Positions 20,404 through 24,368 of a stretch of 24,368 nt of DNA are shown in pieces; the first letter of the stretch is position 1; each line of letters begins with the position of its first letter. The notes below the pieces were generated by a model, which searched no databases, had not been told where the DNA came from, and saw only the letters and a list, made by a program, of their open reading frames with translations. The translations under genes were made by a program, and so were the position numbers. Origin of the DNA: Octopus sinensis (Eukaryota); NCBI RefSeq assembly GCF_006345805.1, contig NW_021836425.1, positions 1 through 24,368 of the forward strand. Reading direction: 5' to 3'.

Positions 20404-20702
20404 GTCTTTGTGTCTATATTTTTCCCCGTCACCGCTTGGCAACCGGTGTTGGAGTGTTTACCTCCTCGTAAACTAGCGGTTCAGCAAAAGGTACTAGGCT
20501 TTAAAAGATCTTTCGTTGTGGTGGTCAGTCTTCATCCGCTCTTGAATCAATGTTGGAGTGTTTACCTCCTCGTAAACTAGCGGTTCAGAACAGGTACTAG
20601 GTTTTAAAAGAATAAGTCCTGGGGTCGATTTGTTTGACTAAAAAAACCCTGGAAGGCGGCGCTCCAGCATGGCCACAGTCAAATAAACTGAAACAAGTAA
20701 AA
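20404..20702 (+). mobile_element. SINE family B 3' half with an internal tandem duplication and a 42-nt foreign insert
   Basis: Duplicated block at 20447-20508 and 20551-20611; insert at 20509-20550; normal tail AGGCGGCGCTCCAGCATGGCCACAGTCAAATAAACTGAAACAAG. Confidence 0.85.
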
Positions 20703-20769
20703 CAATTAAGGAATAACGTGTGTGTGTGTACTTATATATATATATATACATATATTATATGTATGTGTA

Positions 20770-21064
20770 TATATCCTGGTATGAGCATTTGATCCCCTGA
20801 TCGTCACTAACATTCGTCACAGCCCTATCTTAGAGCGCGCAGGCGATTCTCTCTACTCATTGGCGCAGGTTGAGAACACAATTTATTGCCTCCCCTCCTC
20901 CTCCCTTTTAACCATAAGCACCGAAGGAAAGGGAGGGAGAATAAGTAACACAGAGAGCGAGGGAGAGACTACGCGAAAACTACTCTTGGCATTGGCATAA
21001 ATATAGCGACTGGCACCAGCTTATAAAGAACACCAACAACTACTAACTCGTACATCTTCGTCTA

Positions 21065-21104
<40 letters not shown>

Positions 21105-21562
21105 ATACACATATACACGTATATATAAATATAATTACACTGCGACTACGTTTAGTATTTATATAAAGTTGTGAAGTATAAAAAGTATTCAAGTTGTGTT
21201 TTAGTTTTTACTAATCATATAAAATATATAAATACAAAGAAAATTATAAATATATGTGGTTACAAAATCCGCAGCAATAACACGAAAAATTCCGTTTTTT
21301 TCCCCACTGAGAGCCTACGATTGTGAAGCTTTATTTAAACAGAAAAGAATATTTATTTATTTACATTATAAACATTACTTTTTTTGTCTGTATGTATATA
21401 TATATTATATATACATACATATATATGTATCTAAGCGCATGAACCTAAAATAGGGGAATACATACGCATACATTATCAAACAAAAGTGTGCACAACAACT
21501 GTTTAACCAATAATAACGAAACAAGATCAAGACGCTGGAACTGAAATACAGAATAGGTAAGA
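20770..21562 (+). promoter_or_regulatory. Possible Pol II promoter and non-coding first exon ending at a GTAAGA donor
   Basis: A CpG-containing island not matching any repeat I recognise. Reverse CCAAT (ATTGG) at 20859 and 20991; CT-rich and GA-rich tracts; TATA-like CATAAATATAG (20996) and TTATAAAG (21021); AG|GTAAGA at 21556/21557. This is motif evidence only. Confidence 0.3.
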
Positions 21563-21834
21563 ATTTGTATTGTCTTTGTATTGTTTTACTTTTCTTATAA
21601 ACATCTGCATTTATATCTCTGTATCTAGTTTCGGCCAGAATTGGCCCGGGCGGCCGGGGCATGCTTAACTTAACATATATGAAATATGTATCAAAATAAT
21701 ACATTTTACCGTCAAACGCGTTTAATATTTTTTTTTAATAAATTAGGTGAGGGGTGGCGCTGATGCGGAGCTGGATGGGGGTGGGGGTGAATTTGAATAC
21801 ACCATGACAGTGTAACAATGAATACCTGTCTTAC

Positions 21835-22273
21835 TATACATATTTGCGTAAATATATGAGTGCGAAGTTCGTCTGTCGTTACGTTCCGAGTTCAAATTCC
21901 GCCGAGGTCGACTTTGCCTTTCATCCTTTCGGGGTCGATAAATAAACTACAAGTTTCGTACTAGGGTCGATGTAATTGACCTAATCCCTTTGTCTGTCCT
22001 TGTTTGTCTCTTCTATGTTTAGCCCCTTGTGGGCAATAAAGAAATATATACATATATGCGTAAATATATGAGTGCGAAGTTCGTTTGTCGTTACGTTCCG
22101 AGTTCAAATTCCGCCGAGGTCGACTTTGCCTTTCATCCTTTCGGGGTCGATAAATAAACTACCAGTTTCGTACTAGGGTCGATGTAATTGACTTAATCCC
22201 TTTGTCTGTCCTTGTTTGTCCCCTCTGCATTTAGCCCCTTGTGGGTAGTAAAGAAATATATATGAGTGCGAAG
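21835..22273 (+). mobile_element. Tandem pair of identically 5'-truncated family A SINEs (21868-22044 and 22080-22256), 212-bp period
   Basis: Both copies start at TTCGT(C/T)TGTCGTTACG and are preceded by TGCGTAAATATATGAGTGCGAAG. ATATATGAGTGCGAAG recurs after the second copy. Confidence 0.9.
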
Positions 22274-22704
22274 GTGTTACTCTACGTTATATTATATTAT
22301 TTGCATATTGATCATTATGACACTTGTACATATAAAGTCTTCCTTCTCAGTTCAATCGTGAATCACCCCTGTTTGTTTCCACGTCTCTTTCTTTACCTTA
22401 ATTCCTTCTCATCCTAGCTCTGGGAAATGCATGAACACACCTCTACCATACTACTTCCTTATCCTACAAACATGATAATGAAAACAAAGTTAACACTTGT
22501 AACTCTTGACACTTGTAACTCCTAAAGCTATGCTGTTGTTTATAGTTGCAAATTTCATTATTCTCATCATAAGCAGCGTTCATTTGCTAGTTAAGTTAAT
22601 AGGCTTTAATATGTGCTTGGACTTCAAGTGAAGCCGATGCGGTTTCATTTCCGACTTCGGCTTAATTATTCATTATTTCTAAATGTCGTCTGCATTTCTC
22701 ACAT

Positions 22705-22980
22705 CACAGCTTTACGTTCTGAGTTCAAATTCCGCTGCGTTTGACTTTGTCTTTCATCCTATTTGGGTTTCGATAAAACAGTACCAGTTTAGCACTGGGG
22801 TCGTTGTAAATCGACTTGCTTACTTCCCATAAAATTCAGACCCTGTACCCATAGTGATTGACTTTATATCTTTACTACTTACCGTGGGAAGATGAAAGCT
22901 GACCGCGACAGAATTTGATCTTAAGATCACAAACATCGCAAGGCAGTTTTTGTCCGACGCCTTAACAGTTCAGCCAAACT
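22705..22980. mobile_element. Two old, convergent SINE A/A' remnants (about 22705-22855 on +, about 22862-22980 on -)
   Basis: TTACGTTCTGAGTTCAAATTCCGC..TTTCATCC..GTACCAGTTTAGCACTGGGGTCG on +. GATGAAAG..GACCGCGACAGAATTTGA..TTTTGTCCGACGC is the reverse-oriented head. Confidence 0.55.
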
Positions 22981-23189
22981 TATACCCTTATAAATAATAA
23001 CAACAATAATTTCTGTGTTTGTCACAAGGGCGTCGGTGGTCGAGACACTATATTGACAACAAAATAATAATGCTTGCCATATTGGAAAAGCATAAACCAC
23101 ACACAATCCCACATTTATATTTTCCACTCCCATTTTACACACACGCACACACACACCAAATACATACACACGCACATGTACATATACCT

Positions 23190-23340
23190 TTTCTCTTTTT
23201 CTAGTTCCATTCATTTGAAGTAGCGTGGCCATACTGGGGCAACGCCTAGAAGTTTTTTAGTCGATCACATCGACCCCAATTCAAATTTCAGTGATGAATA
23301 TTTTATGGGTTCCGACTTGTCGAACGGCTAAGTTGCATTG
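23190..23340 (-). mobile_element. Degenerate SINE family B-like 3' fragment
   Basis: GTGGCCATACTGGGGCAACGCC..TTTTAGTCGATCACATCGACCCCA matches the reverse complement of the family B tail. Confidence 0.6.
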
Positions 23341-23409
23341 TTTTTTTCTTCCCATGCACCGATTTAATTCGTCACATCAGAAACGGAGACGCGTGTCACT
23401 CGCGCATAT

Positions 23410-23725
23410 ACACACACACACATACACACACACATGCATACATACATACATACATACACACACATGCATACATACATACATACATACACACATACATACA
23501 TACATACATGCATACATACATACATACATACATACATACACACATACATACATACATACATACATACATACGCACATACATACATACAAAGAAACATACA
23601 TACACACACACACGCACACACATACATACATACATACATACATACAAACATACATACATACATACATACATACATACATACACACATACATACACACATA
23701 CATACAAACATACATGCATACACAC

Positions 23726-23788
<63 letters not shown>

Positions 23789-23837
23789 TACATACATACA
23801 TACATACATACAAACATACATGCATACACACATGCAT

Positions 23838-23877
<40 letters not shown>

Positions 23878-23889
23878 ACATACATACAT

Positions 23890-23922
<33 letters not shown>

Positions 23923-23966
23923 TACACACATACATACAAACATACATACATACATACATACATACA
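23410..23966. repeat. About 555-bp compound (CATA)n/(CA)n microsatellite
   Basis: Directly visible, and it produces the HTYI/VCMY ORFs. Shorter arrays of the same kinds occur at 574-628, 1149-1216, 1724-1781, 2858-2954, 3412-3540, 3680-3850, 8640-8795, 9860-9960, 15880-16015, 18176-18315, 18620-18725 and 20010-20180. Confidence 0.95.
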
Positions 23967-24024
23967 TGTGGTATGTATGTGTGAGGGAGTGCACATTTAC
24001 GAACATATCATTATTATAATACTC

Positions 24025-24199
24025 AAAGTCGCCGAGCTGAGAGTCGTTAGCTTAGCGTCGTTTCTTTTAGTTCTTTATGTTCTGAGTTCAAATACCGCCG
24101 GGGTTTGCTTTTACCTTTCATTGTTTCGGGCTCCCCCTACATCCGCTCCTACCTCAAAATTTCGGTCCTTGTGACAATAGTAGAAAGGTTTATTATTAT
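24025..24199 (+). mobile_element. Degenerate SINE A' with internal deletions
   Basis: GTCGCCGAGCTG head, GTTCTGAGTTCAAATACCGCC, and the tail AAAATTTCGGTCCTTGTGACAATAGTAGAAAGGTTTATTATT. Confidence 0.7.
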
Positions 24200-24244
24200 G
24201 ATACTTGAGTGAAGCAGACCACCAATTTAAAGTTTGCTTTAGTG

Positions 24245-24333
24245 CAGTGGTTCCCAACCTGGGGTCCGCGCGGACCCTTGCTGTTCCGCAAAGGTAGTAC
24301 TGGGGGGTCCGTGAACTAAATTCAAAATTACAT
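24245..24333 (+). mobile_element. Left end of a hAT MITE
   Basis: CAGTGGTTCCCAACCTGGGGTCCGCG is a Charlie-type TIR. It is followed at 24334 by a SINE, so the other end is not visible. Confidence 0.6.
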
Positions 24334-24368
24334 AGGAGTGGCTGTGTGGTAAGTAGCTTGCTTACCAA
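24334..24368 (+). mobile_element. SINE family B 5' end, cut by the window edge
   Basis: AGGAGTGGCTGTGTGGTAAGTAGCTTGCTTACCAA, near-identical to 8807 onward. Confidence 0.85.

Noticed and set aside
22630-22662. Hairpin AAGCCGA...TCGGCTT
   Set aside because: A 7-bp stem with an interrupted interior and no supporting context; this is compatible with chance.
23291-24174. Several 150-250 aa HTYI/VCMY ORFs
   Set aside because: These are (CATA)n/(CA)n microsatellite translations that stay open in most frames on both strands.
1-24368. CRISPR arrays, operons or other prokaryotic systems
   Set aside because: There is no repeat-spacer periodicity and no gene-dense region. The sequence is eukaryotic repeat-rich DNA.

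Overview
AT-rich, repeat-dense eukaryotic DNA that reads as intronic or intergenic. I found no intact protein-coding gene. Nearly all ORFs in the supplied track are microsatellite artefacts or pieces of decayed transposons. The tRNA-derived SINEs, (TA)n/(CATA)n microsatellites and LINE relics look like an octopus (coleoid cephalopod) genome; that assignment is from my recall of such repeats, not from a search. Mobile elements I can support: a TRT/Tc3-like Tc1 transposase relic (1896-2841, -), an internally deleted mariner (6140-6858, -), three R4/Dong-like LINE 3' ends stacked around (TAA)n and a 540-bp (TAG)n (10583-12092), CR1/L2-like LINE 3' ends, two Helitron/HINE-like copies, three hAT MITE-like pieces and about 20 SINE copies from three families. 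There is also a full-length but mutated U6 snRNA copy joined to a truncated SINE (18345-18605). The most interesting signals are: (1) a 138-bp near-perfect inverted repeat whose arms carry a minimal Penelope-type hammerhead-like motif with a U3/A8 core; (2) the U6-SINE junction; (3) a 42-nt insertion apparently templated from about 1.2 kb upstream, flanked by a roughly 62-bp tandem duplication; (4) a covarying 3' stem-loop shared by one SINE family and two LINE tails. A possible Pol II promoter and non-coding first exon lie at about 20770-21560 (low confidence).
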